Shown here: positions 14,301 to 26,300 of the stretch, piece by piece | Layout: every line of letters begins with the position of its first letter | Numbering within the stretch: position 1 is the stretch's first letter | DNA from: Bugula neritina | Taxonomy: Eukaryota; Animalia; Bryozoa | DNA length: 64,000 bases | Direction of reading: 5' to 3' | Assembly: GCA_964035545.1 (NCBI GenBank) | Contig: OZ037765.1 | Span: 34,555,880 to 34,619,879, forward strand | Made by a program: the position numbers and the translations under genes | The notes under the pieces: model-generated | Seen by the model: the letters and a program-made list of their open reading frames with translations, nothing else | The model's database searches: none | What the model was told of the DNA's origin: nothing

Positions 14301-17300
14301 AAAATTTTTTATTGAAAAATTAAAAAAGTATATGAAAGAGGAATGCAAGAGCTATCTTTTCATGTAAAATTTGTTAATGTGAGACAAAAACTGTTCGAGC
14401 TATCCCCTGGAAACCGTTTATATATAACATAAAGCAGTGCCTGAATCTGGAAAGTAATGACCTTAAACTAACTGTGCCTATCTAATTTGGTGTCATGGGT
14501 TCTTGTCTATTGCTGTTTACATATGACTGAGCTCACGCAAAGGATGTTATTTGTAACAGTAACAGTTTATAATAAAAACCTGATCGTACCAGGGGCAGTT
14601 GAAGCAGTCTCTTCTCTTGCAGATCTCAGTTTGTTGACACATTCTTTTATGTTATCAGCTTGTTCTGGAGAGAGGGGACTGCCTGGAGAACAAAACATTG
14701 CCAGTTACCACAAAAATTCTTATAATAATAAAAGTTGATAAAAAAACAACAGAGAAACCGACTATTTCGCATGAAGTAAAATTACACGTACATGGATACA
14801 GAAGAGCACTGAGTATCTCCTCATCACCACACAGGGTTGTTGAAGATCCACTGCACAGTCTGGGACTTGTTGGTGTGGAATGTTTCAAGGAACGAAGACA
14901 CCATGGAGGATTCAGTACTTTCTTAGGACAAGGAAGTCCTAGCAGAAGGCAGTGAGCACAGTAGCATGTAGTGACTGGTCTACTTGCTGGCCAAGTTTGT
15001 AGAACAGGTCTAATGATGTTGTTGTTGGTGGTGATGAGTGTCTCCCACATTCTGCTGATGTTGGCAGCATTAGATGACACGTAGAGTAACACCTTTCTAG
15101 ATGTATAATCGTGTACCAGCTGTGTGTAGATTCCATTTTGATAAACACTGGCTCCATTTCTTCTCACTTTAATCACAGCAAACTCATCAGGAAACGACTC
15201 CAGCAAACCAACACTCATCTGCTGATAGACATAGTGTGGCAAGGCTAGACCATTGAATTTAGTTTCAACTCGAAGGAGCATGTTTTTTGGCGAGGAGTAA
15301 GAGGTATTAAAAAGGTCATTAGCAAACTGGGGAACAATAAAGCAGGGCTCCTTGGAATCACTAGGTAAAGGACCATATAACAAACGGAATGTTTGAAGCA
15401 AGCACACAGCAACTTCTACGTTTTCCAGACTGGTAAATGATGTTTCCTGTTTAACCAGATGAGTGAGAAGGCATTGCATCATCAAACCAGTCTCAGCGAA
15501 ATGATTAACAAATTTCTCAAAGTCTTCTTTTTCAACAGGCATCCTATCCTCTGAAAAGTATGGCTGGAACTTGTCAACTCTACTCTGCCATATGTTAGCA
15601 TCATGATGATACAAAACACAGAGAAGTTTGGTAACTTCTGAAATCTTGTGGAATATGTATGGCCGGAGAGAGCTGATATCTTTATACCACAAGACTTTGC
15701 CACAGTCATGCATGTATGTGAGGATTATGTCTAGCTGACTCGGCTCAATGTGTTGATGTTGTGTTTGTACGTAGTTCAGTATCTCATCAAAAGTGCTGTA
15801 CACAGAGGGAATAGACAGAACTTTTTCATTTACTTCCTCCCAGACCAGAGGTAAAGGTTTCACAAAATGGTGACTGCTTTGGAGAAGAGACTCCTTGATC
15901 AGGTCAAACACTTCATACTTATCATCTTTCCCCACTTCATAAATGTCCTCATCAAAAAAGACTCCTTCAGTTGATTCAATGAAATGTTTGATTTGAGCAA
16001 ATTCTCCACCCAATGCTTTCTCTTCTCTAATCATTGCTTCACACAGTTGATTGGAAGTTTCTAGAAAGTTTTTCCGAAGCTCCTGAAACTCCACATTTTG
16101 AAACTTATCTTTATGTGTGAAAATAAGTTTTGGAGCACCCAGAGTTGGGTTAGCCAGATAGAGGTGAGACATGTAATCAAAGGCTAATCTTCTAACAGCT
16201 TCTCTGTGTGTTGATTCTCTTGAAATCTCCTCATACTGCTCTATGTTGACTACTATGACTGGAATACAGTTCTGTCTCAGTGTCAGTTGATAGGTGATAT
16301 GGTAGACCTCCTGGCCTCCCATATCAATGAGACGGAGTACTGTACCATCCACCTCCACCTCTTCAACATTAAACACCTTTGTTGCCTCATCTCTCACAGC
16401 ATCTGGCCCTCTGTCGGTCAGAACTCTCTTTCTGTCAGCATTCTGTAATGTTCTGATTAGACTGGTTTTCCCAACCATGGTATTGCCCAGTACAGCTATA
16501 GTAGCAAATGGTAGACTTCTACCAGCACCTTTAGCCAAATCTGTGTAGTATTGTCTCACAGCATCTACTCCTCTCTCACATATTTCTAGTGGAGGAGATG
16601 TGAGAGCATTACAATATCTAACATTCAGCATACGAAGTTGAGTTAGCTGTAGTATCTCAGGATCTAAAGATGTCAGGGAGTTATTAAAAGATATAGCCAG
16701 TATCTGCAGACTACTCAGTGTGTACACAGGAGATGGTAAACTGGTGAAATTATTCCTGTATATGATCAGTTTCTTTAACTTCTGTAGACTCTGCATGCTG
16801 AGAGAAATACAAATACTGCTTTGTAAAAAAATTAATATAATTCCATATTATACTCTATAATATATATCATTATAATGACTATCTAGGATTCTGCAATTAA
16901 ATTTATATTTATAGCTTTTCATATAGATTTTAAACTGGTAGGAGTTATTTCCCTGGTGTTTGATACAAATTGGAGCAGGTAAATGATACAATATATCACC
17001 CAGTAACTGTAGATTGACTATCATTGTAATATATCTCAGTATAACATTATAATATATCTCAGTATAATATTGTAGTGCATTTCACAATTCACTATATTAT
17101 GTGGGTCTACTTATACAAAGCTACTTCATCAGGTTGATCACGTTATATAGAATTTATTATTTACAAAAAATACAATAAATTAAACTACTAAACTAATTAC
17201 ACGATTACATAATATTGAGCACTTTATACACAACTACTCTATGCCAAGTCCCAAGCTGCTCTGCTCGGCTAGCTGCTTAGCGTGCTTCCACTACGCGTAG

Positions 17301-20300
17301 CTAGCTCCACCTGGTCCTAATTAGTAGTCACTCCTGATTGGCTAGCATTAGTAGTGCCACTGTCGACTATAAGATGCTGTCGGATAGCAGTCGACGTATT
17401 GTTGTGACTTACACAATCTAAATGCGTGGTCCCTAGCTTGTAATTATACGCTAATTATTCGCAGCAGTAGAGGGTTTACAGTGGGATTAGAATATATTTA
17501 TTTACAGTTACATAATAATAAAAAGATACATATAAAACGATTCCACTATTTAATTACATCCTTTCTAGTCTATTGCGCTCTCTACTATATACAACATCCT
17601 TCAAATTATGCATCGCTGGGGGTTGTCACCTGACACATCTCTAATTGGTTGGGGGACACGTGGAGGCGCGTATTGCGTGTTCCACTACACCGCCCCCTCC
17701 CCCAGCAGGAAGCCTACCTTCCTGATAACACAGATAAAAAAATAAAAAAATATAATAGTAGAGAAAATAAAAAAAAGGAAGAGAGATGCGTGGTACGTGT
17801 ATAAAAAAAACACAATTACAAAAAAAAACATAAAACCGTATGAACATGGCACCGCATTAATAATAGTGAGAGGCACTTATAGGCCGACGGCCCATACGAC
17901 TAAAAAATACTCTTATGGACTAGCTACCAAATTGTCATAGTGGGAGATTTATTTATGGCACCGGGTACGAGATAGAGGCTGTAAGTGAGGCATCACCTGC
18001 GGTAGAGTAAGGAATGGGGGAGTAGGACGAGTAGAGAAAGGGGGTTTAGATACTCCGTCTTATGCGTTCTTCTTCAGTTGGGCTACAGAGTCGCGGAGAG
18101 CCCGGAGTTTGGAGGCGGCGGCAGATATCCTAGGCGCCAACCTTTGCACTTCTCTCTCTAGTTCACGTATCCGTTCTTCTGTTTCCCTTAGGTTCCGGGC
18201 GGGGGCAGAGTGACGGTTGGGAGATGAAGATAGTCAACGTCATTTACAGGAGGATCTTGGAGAAACGGGAGGAGAGGGACGCCATCGTTGGGGCACTTTG
18301 ATGCGTTGCAGCACGACTCTGGGTATGGAGTTGGGACGGGGCACTGTGTGAGCGGGGGGAGTGATGAACGAGGCGTGGGTGGTTTCTTAAACCCCGGGGG
18401 CTTGAGGCAGGGTCCTTGTGTAATGACACGGGGTGCGAGGAACTCTTGACGCAGCCGTTCATAGCGAGCCAGGTCTGAGATAAATGGCCTGAAGAGATCG
18501 AGGAAATGAGAGAAAGAGGGTTTGTCGACTTCGTAGAGATGTCCAACATGACATCTCACGGTCCGCTGATGACGGAGGATGTAGTCCCTGTGGTAACTAT
18601 ATTCACCACAGGGACAGAAGGTGGTGACATAACGTTGGGGGACGTAGACCCTGAGTCTGCGAGGGGTGGTGAAATGAAGCTGACACAGACGGCAGGTGGT
18701 GCATTGGTCATCGCCTTTATATTCTCGAATAAGTGCTTCAGTGTCCTTGGTAATCCAGCATGACTGGGTTAAAAGTATTTCCGGCAGCGTGACGGGGGTC
18801 GGTTCCTCATCCCATGCCATCTCCAACGGCGGCATGTCACGAGGGAGAGGAGAGTGAGTGGTATCTAAAAGAGCAGAATTATTGTTAGATCGAGTCTGAT
18901 CTTTACAGCATAATTCTGATGACAACCGACTGTTCCTAGTCTGGGAGTCATGCATCTTTTCATACGGCACTCGAAAGACTGTGTCGTGGCATGTAGACTG
19001 ACTGAAAGACATAGTGTCAAGCTCCAGATCTAGTAGATCGTCGGCCATTGTTATGTTCTCGTCGCCTTTCACGTATGACTCAGTCCCCAGTAGTTGTGAT
19101 TCAATCAGTGCGATTAAATCAGAACTAACTGATGTTAGACCTATCTCCATGGATGGGAATGTTAGGTCAGAGCAAGCTTACCTGGGAACCCGGTATTTGA
19201 AATCATACTCAGCGTTCAAGCTTGGATGTTAGTGAATTGGATTTGGATACGTCTGCCCTTGGTGATGTCAGCGTAGGAAAAGACCGGACAGCGTGTTTGT
19301 TGCGCACGGCTGGAACTATTTGCCCCGGGCGTAGTAGTTTTGTCCACTACTCCGCCTTCGCAAAAGTTAGTATTCCCGTGGTGTACACAACTCCCACGTT
19401 TTGCTGCCAGTCTTTGCGTACGGTGCCCAGCTAGATTTTCATAACTGCCGCTTGTAACGCGGTCACATAGAAAGTCTTTTAAGTAAGCTGGGGGTTTTCT
19501 AGTACGTTGTCCCCGTTCCAGGGGAGGTGACGTACTAGCTGGGGAAGATGGTGTAGTTGTTGGTCGGGGCGGCGTACTCACTGGTGGGCTATTTTGCTCC
19601 GCCGGTGGTGTTTCTGGCCCGTCGTTAGTGATGGTATTTTATTCCCCGACATTGCCTCCGGATGTAGCCCCTCCCGCGGGGAGGTTTTGCACTTCCGGAC
19701 GCGGATGCGGACCCGGAAGTGGTGGTGGTAGGCTCGGTATTGGGGGCGATGGGCGCACTTCTGTCGATGGAAGTGGCCTTTCCTGCCTTACTGAGTCCTC
19801 CTCTCGCGGCACAACCACTTCGTATTCTGGCCCATGCCGCCGCCCGCGCCTTGCTGTCTGCCTTCTGGGCTCCAACAACAGGGGGGGGGGGTTCTCCTGC
19901 CGCTCCTGGGCTAGCCCAATACGGTTTCAAGCGGGCTTCATTCTGGACAGAGACCTGTCCAGAATGCTCCAACTTGTACGTATGATTTGGCATCGCCTCA
20001 ACTACTACGTAGGGTTCCACGAACTTAGGCTGGAGCTTAGCCGCTTGTCCTCGACGCCTACAGTAGTTGACCATCCATACCCAGTCTCCAATTTGATAGA
20101 GGGGTGGTTCCTGAGAGACCTTTTGCCGTACCTGCCACTGCTGTGTTCGCAGTATTTCATGTGCGGCTTTCAGGTCCTCTATCAATTTACTGGCATATTC
20201 AATAATGGTGTAGTCCTGTTCGGGGATGCGGTATGTGAGGTGGTCGGGCACTCGCGTCTCTCGACCAAGCATCAGGAGGTTAGGGGCCTCCCTCATACTG

Positions 20301-23300
20301 GTATGCGGTGTACTACGGTAGGCTTGCATGATTTGCTAGTACCGTATCCCATTCCTCCTGACCCCGGCCGAGGAGCAGACTGCGGAGTGCGTCGCCCAAC
20401 ATGCGGTTGTTGCGTTCTACCACCCCTTTACCTTGAGGATGGTACGGAGTGGTTCTGCTTTGGTTTACTCCCCAGAGGCGGCAGAGATCGCTCAACAGTT
20501 GAGACTGGAATTGAGCTCCCTGGTCCAAATGTATCTGCTCGGGTAGTCCGAGGTAGCAGAATACATTTTGGTCTAGCACCCTGGCCACCGTTGGGGCAGA
20601 CGCATCTTGAATAGCCAGAGCGTCGGCCCACCTGGTAAAGTGGTTCGGTCAATACTAAGATCCAACTGTTTCCTCTGGGGGTGAGAGGCATGGGTCCGAC
20701 CAGGTCAACAGCTACCACTTGCCATGGCCTTCCAGCATATAGCCTACGCCGTCCCGCTTCGCCAGGGAGACGGCCATGCTTGCTGGCCTGGCAGATTTTA
20801 CACTGCTTTACTCTGAGTCGTACATCACGCCCCATGCCGGGCCAGTACCATCGGAGCTGTAATTTGGTGAGCACCCTTTGGACCCCTGCGTGGGTCTGCT
20901 TATGGGTGTCCCATACTAACTCCCGGCGAATGGCGGCTGGGCAGACCACCCTCTCTCTCTCGTGGTGTCTGTTATAGTCGGCCACTGTCATGGTCAGCAG
21001 ACTATCCGGCCCGATCCGCAGGGAGTCCCAACGTTGGCAGTACAGCCGTAACTCGGCGCATCCCTGCCGCAGTTGTTATTCGCTGGGTCGTCACCCCTGT
21101 TTCTTAGCCTGGTACACGTCGGCTACGACCCCTGGAAGGTTTTCCTGGAGTTTTTGTAGCTCCCTGACGTTACTAGTCAAGACAGGGTTGGCGCGAAGGC
21201 TCTGTATAGCCTCCGGAGGCGTATCAGCCTTCTGTCGGAGTTTACCCTGGTCCCAGTCATACTCCATGCTAGGGTGGTTCAGTGCTCTTAACTCGTATCT
21301 TGGGGAACCCTCGTCCCTCTTCTCGATGTTAAGGCATTGTTTACACCCCTCGTCCGGCCGCCGGCTCAGTCCGTCGGCATTGCCGTGTTTCTTACCGGGC
21401 CTATGTTCGATCCGGTGAGAGAACTCGGCCAGGACCTCGAGCCACCTGGCGACCTGCTCTCTTGCATAACTAAATCAAGTACGCAGCCAGAACTTCCTGC
21501 CGTATAGATAAGGTCTGAAGTGCTTCACCGACTTGATCACTGCCAGCAGTTCCTTGCGGGCAGTGCAGTAATTTCGTTCGGTGGGTGAGAGAGACTTGCT
21601 GTAGCAGGCCACGACTACTTCGCGGCCCTCCTGCACCTGGGACAGCACAGCGCCGACGTTTTGGTCACTGGCGTCAGTATCTAGGATGTACTCCAGGGCA
21701 GGGTCTGGGTAGGCTAAGATGGGGGCCTCCAGCAGGCGGCCCTTGAGGCAGTCGAACGCCCTCTGTTCGACGGAAGTCCACTGCCAGGTAACCCCCATTT
21801 GCGGTGAGCCGATTTAACGGCTGTGCCACTCCCGCAAAGTCTGTTATGTATTGCCGGAAATACCCCACCAGCCCAAGAAATGCCCGAAGTCCGGTCAAAT
21901 CCTTGGGGGTGACCCAGTGTTCTATAGCTCGTACCTTTTCGGGATCTGTCGCCACACCGTGACGGCCGACGATGTGTCCCAGGTACTTGACCTCTGGCTG
22001 CAAGAGAGCAAACTTGGAGGGTTTGAGCTTCAGACCGGCACCTCTGAGTCGTTCGAAAACCTCCCGCAGACGACTGACGTGCGTCTGGAAGTCTGGGGAG
22101 ATCACGATGACGTCATCAAGGTATACCAGCAGTGTCTTCCAGTGGAGTCCACTGAGGACCTGTTCCATGAGCCTCTGGAACGTGGCGGGGGCAGAACTTA
22201 GTCCAAAGGGTAGGACTTTCCACTTCCATAAGCCGTCCCGCGTGATGAACGCCGCCTTCTCCTGGGCGTCAGGACTGAGGGGGACCTGCCAGTAGCCGCT
22301 CAGCAAGTCTAGCGTACTGAAGTACTTGCTGCCGGCTAGGGCGTTCAGAGATTCATCAATCCTGGGTAGGGGGTAGGCGTCCTGTATGGTCACGCTATTT
22401 AGTTTGCAGTAATCCACACAGAACCGCCAACTGCCGTCTTTCTTTCGGACCAAGACCACCGGCGAGCTCCACGCACTATGTGCTGGCTCTATGTGCTGGC
22501 TCTATGAGGCCGCGGTCCAAAAGATCCCGGACTTGTTGGCTAACCTCCTTCTCCGGTCCCAACCTCCGAGTGGGCTGTCGGATAGGGGCAGTCCCGGCAG
22601 CCAGTGTTATCTCATGACGGACAGCCGTTGTCAGGCCTACGTCATGGTCCCCACTGCTGAACACGTCACTATATTCGCGTAGCAACTGGGCCATGGCCTG
22701 GCGCTCTCCGTTGCTCGCGCAGCCGTCACACGGTGCCTGATATAGCTCTTGGACGTGTTGTGGGACGGTCCCCCGCCTAACTGACGGGCTCTGTTGGAGA
22801 CCTTCCGCCGCAGCTCCCAGCGACGGCCCTACATCTTTTTTCTAGATAAAGTGGAAACGGCTCAGCACGGACCCTGACGGTAGTTGTACCGCTTCAGAGA
22901 AGGGGTTGACGCACTGCACCAAGATCTCTCCTCGGTCAGTCAGTCGGTTAAGACTGCTGGCGAGTTGGATTCTTGTGTGCGCGCCTTCGACAACCCCTAA
23001 CCCCGAGAGTTGGCTATTGTTCACTCTGCAATGAATGGTGGCCCGGGAGCGGCCGGGTATTGTACAGTTCCGTACTACCTGCACGCCTCCCACTAAGGGA
23101 CGACCGAACTTGTCGACACAGGTGAGTTCCTTGCCGGCCATCAGCATGGCTGATTTGCTAAAGGTTATGCGGCAACCGTGTCTCTTCAAGAACGGCATCC
23201 CCAGTATAGCATCCTCTTCAAGTTGGCTGATGACGAAGGTTTCCTGGATGGCCTGGTCCCGGACGCGCCCAGTCAGCTCTGTATTACCGTAGAATGGAAT

Positions 23301-26300
23301 TCGCAACCCGTCAGCTAGGGTGCCCGGTTCCCCGGTATAGAAAGCTAAGGCTCCCCTCTCCCTGGAGGGGAGGGTGTCAAAGACCCGACGGCTGAGGAGA
23401 TTAGTGGTACACCCGGAGTCCAGTAGAAAGGTGACAGCTTTGCCAGCCACCTTTCCTGGCAAGAAATAGCTATCTCCATGAGGCTGTACCCGTACTCCCC
23501 CAGCGTGCTCGGTCTCGGCCGAAAGGGGTGGTGCCCGTTTGTTCCGCGGTTTGCGGGGCCGGTGAGAGTTTTTTTGCGGAGGGGTGGGTTAATCCCCTCC
23601 GATGTCCGAAGGGACCTCGCCAGCTGGCTCCATTTCTGGTAGCGGGCTAAAGCGGTTAGTGAGAGGCAGTGAGAAGGGTTCTTGTTGTCGGTCAGATTGA
23701 CTGGTCCGACGAGGTGTTTGCCACTGGTGGGGGGTATACCGCTGGGTCCGTGCGGACGCCTGGCGGTAATCATCCCGCTTTTCCTTCTTCTTTGGTTTGC
23801 GGAGTTCTGGGGGCTTCCGTGGGTTGTAGGATTTCCGCCGCTTCTTGGGTTGTGGACAGCTTGAGCGGAGGTGTCCCCTCATACCGCATCTCCAGCAAGT
23901 GGCAGCTGGTCTGGGGGTCTCTACTCCTGGCCTCTTGTATCCCGTGGGGTTGCTGTGTGTTATGGTCGCCACCAGCTGTTCTAGCATAGTCATTAAGTGA
24001 TCGACCTCCGTTTCCAAGGAGGGGCTGGTAGTAGCGGCGGCCACTCGGACCGGGTGGTCTGGTCTTCCGGTGACTCGCGGGGTAATCTCTATTGCTCGAT
24101 AGAGTTGTTCGGCCCCCACATAAGCCTCGCTTTCTTGTAGCACAGCCTCTATCGTGGTCACTCCTCTCGCTTGTAACTGGTGGTGAAAGCCTAAATTGTT
24201 GAGGGACTGTACAAAAACCTCTAACGTATAACGTCGTCTGTGTGTCTCTGGCAGGTCGCTATACGCGATCTGTGCCAGTCTCTTCACTAGGGTAGCATGG
24301 TCTGGGAGTGGTGTACATGTTTTGTGGAGCAGTCCTTGTAAACCGGCCCTGGCGTCTAAGACAGGTATGCCAAAACGGGCCCGTAGCGCAGCAATGATCC
24401 CGTCTACGCTAGGTCTCAGCCCGTACGGCCTGACTTGTTCTGTCAGTGCCATCCATAGTTTTATCAGGGCTACTCTCGGCGGCCATCTTGTAATGGCTAC
24501 AACTTCATTGAATTCCCGAATAAATTGTTCAACATCTTCTAGGCCCGTGAAGACGGGAGCCTCTAAGGTATATTTATATGCCTCCTCTCCGGCCTCGAGA
24601 GGGTTTACGATAAATGTCTCGCTCATCTTCTTCATTTGAAGCTGTACTTTCGGCCATGATGTTCTAATGTTCTTCCATCGTCTTTTACACAGTAGCTAGG
24701 ATCTCACCGCTGCCACCACTGTTGTGATTTACAAAATCTAAATGCGTGGTCCTTAGCTTGTAATTATACATGAATTATCCGCAGTAGTAGAGGGTTTACA
24801 GTAGGATTAGAATATATTTATTTACAGTTACATAATAATAAAAAGATACATATAAAACGATTCCACTATTTAATTACATCCTTTCTAGTCTAATGCGCTC
24901 TCTACTATATACAACATTCTTCAAATTATGCATCGCTGGGGGTTGTCACCCGACGCATCTCTAATTGGTTGGGGACACGTCGAGGCGCGTATTGCGTGTT
25001 CCACTACAGTATAGCTTATTCACACACGACGTTTTTTGTTCGTTGGGTCCGACGAATGCCCAACTAACAAACATCGCACCTCTTTGTCGCGCCAGCTGCA
25101 ATAGTAGTGTATAGTTGCTTAGCAACAGTGCTTTTACTCGCAAAGTTGTGACTAGTTAAATTTAGCTATAACCAAGTAAAAATTCCGAGTTAATAAAATA
25201 ATTATAATCAAATCTGAAACATTTAGATTATGACAAATTTATTAGCTAAACAAAAGCTAAAGATTTAGTATATTGTGGTAAATATTAGCAGTTATCCCCC
25301 TTGACACATTACTTATGGCTATTTGTCTAAATACTGTAATCATAGCTAAATATGTAGCTTAACTTTCTAATACCTTAAACACTATGGCTAATGTTGAGCT
25401 TTTAACATAGTAAATAGTTAATCCCCTTTCCCCCAATTACAAGTTACAATACGCATACACTTGGTTGGGTTCATTTTTGTTGATTCATGTAAACCGAAAG
25501 TTGGACCGATTTCGGCAGGTGGATGCAGGCAGACCGAATGTCGGTTGCCGATATTTCCAGTGTCGGTTACCGACATGACGAATGTCGGTATCCCCTGCCG
25601 AACATCGGTCCTGCTGTCGGTAGAAGGTTCTAGAGGTCCTTTGTTCTACCAGTATAAAAGGACACGCATTTTAGAGCTTCAGTCACTTGCGGACTGGAGC
25701 TCACACTGGATACTTCTCACTGCTACAATAAAGTACTGCAAACACACGGCAACCTCTCTCTCTTGTCTCTTCTACAACAAGGAGTTATGTTCTCTGCCTG
25801 ATTTCATTCTATTACCCACAAAACTACTACAATATTTATGTTTAACAACAGTTAGACTGTGAAAAGGAAATGAAAATGACACGTAAAACTACAATGCCGT
25901 AGTCGTGCTTTTGTGATATTTTTGTGGGTTGAATAGAACTAGTGCCTGAACATACTCTTTGTTAGAGAGAACAAGATGTATTGTATAGTTGAAGAAATCT
26001 TTATTTAGTCGAATAATATATAATAGTGAAAGTCTTCTGCCAGTGAGCTCCAGTAGTAGACTGAACTACACTGGAGCTCACTGGCTTTTATATACAACAA
26101 GAGATAGGGTTTTTCCTTTGTTGCCGAGATCGGAGGTCCGAAACGCCGACTTTCGGCATTTCGGGGCTTTCGGTAGCCCGAACTGCCGACTTTCGGTATT
26201 TCGGCATTTCGGAAGGCCGAAATGCCGATCTCGGGCAACAGGAAATAAATACATGCAAAAATCTACTACACCATTACAGCATTAAAAACGATACGTAACA

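Noticed and set aside
14655-14791. Hydrophobic TM-like tail on the 713-aa Roco ORF, suggesting a stand-alone membrane Roco
   Set aside because: It lies beyond a conserved donor (14792; 60543 in B) and is not conserved in B, whose frame stops a few codons later; intron read-through.
14792-16797. Assignment as LRRK1/LRRK2, DAPK1 or an NLR
   Set aside because: No kinase, ankyrin, WD40 or death domain. The P-loop has small-GTPase G3/G4 motifs, not NACHT/NB-ARC. Orthology to MFHAS1 cannot be shown, so no symbol is given.
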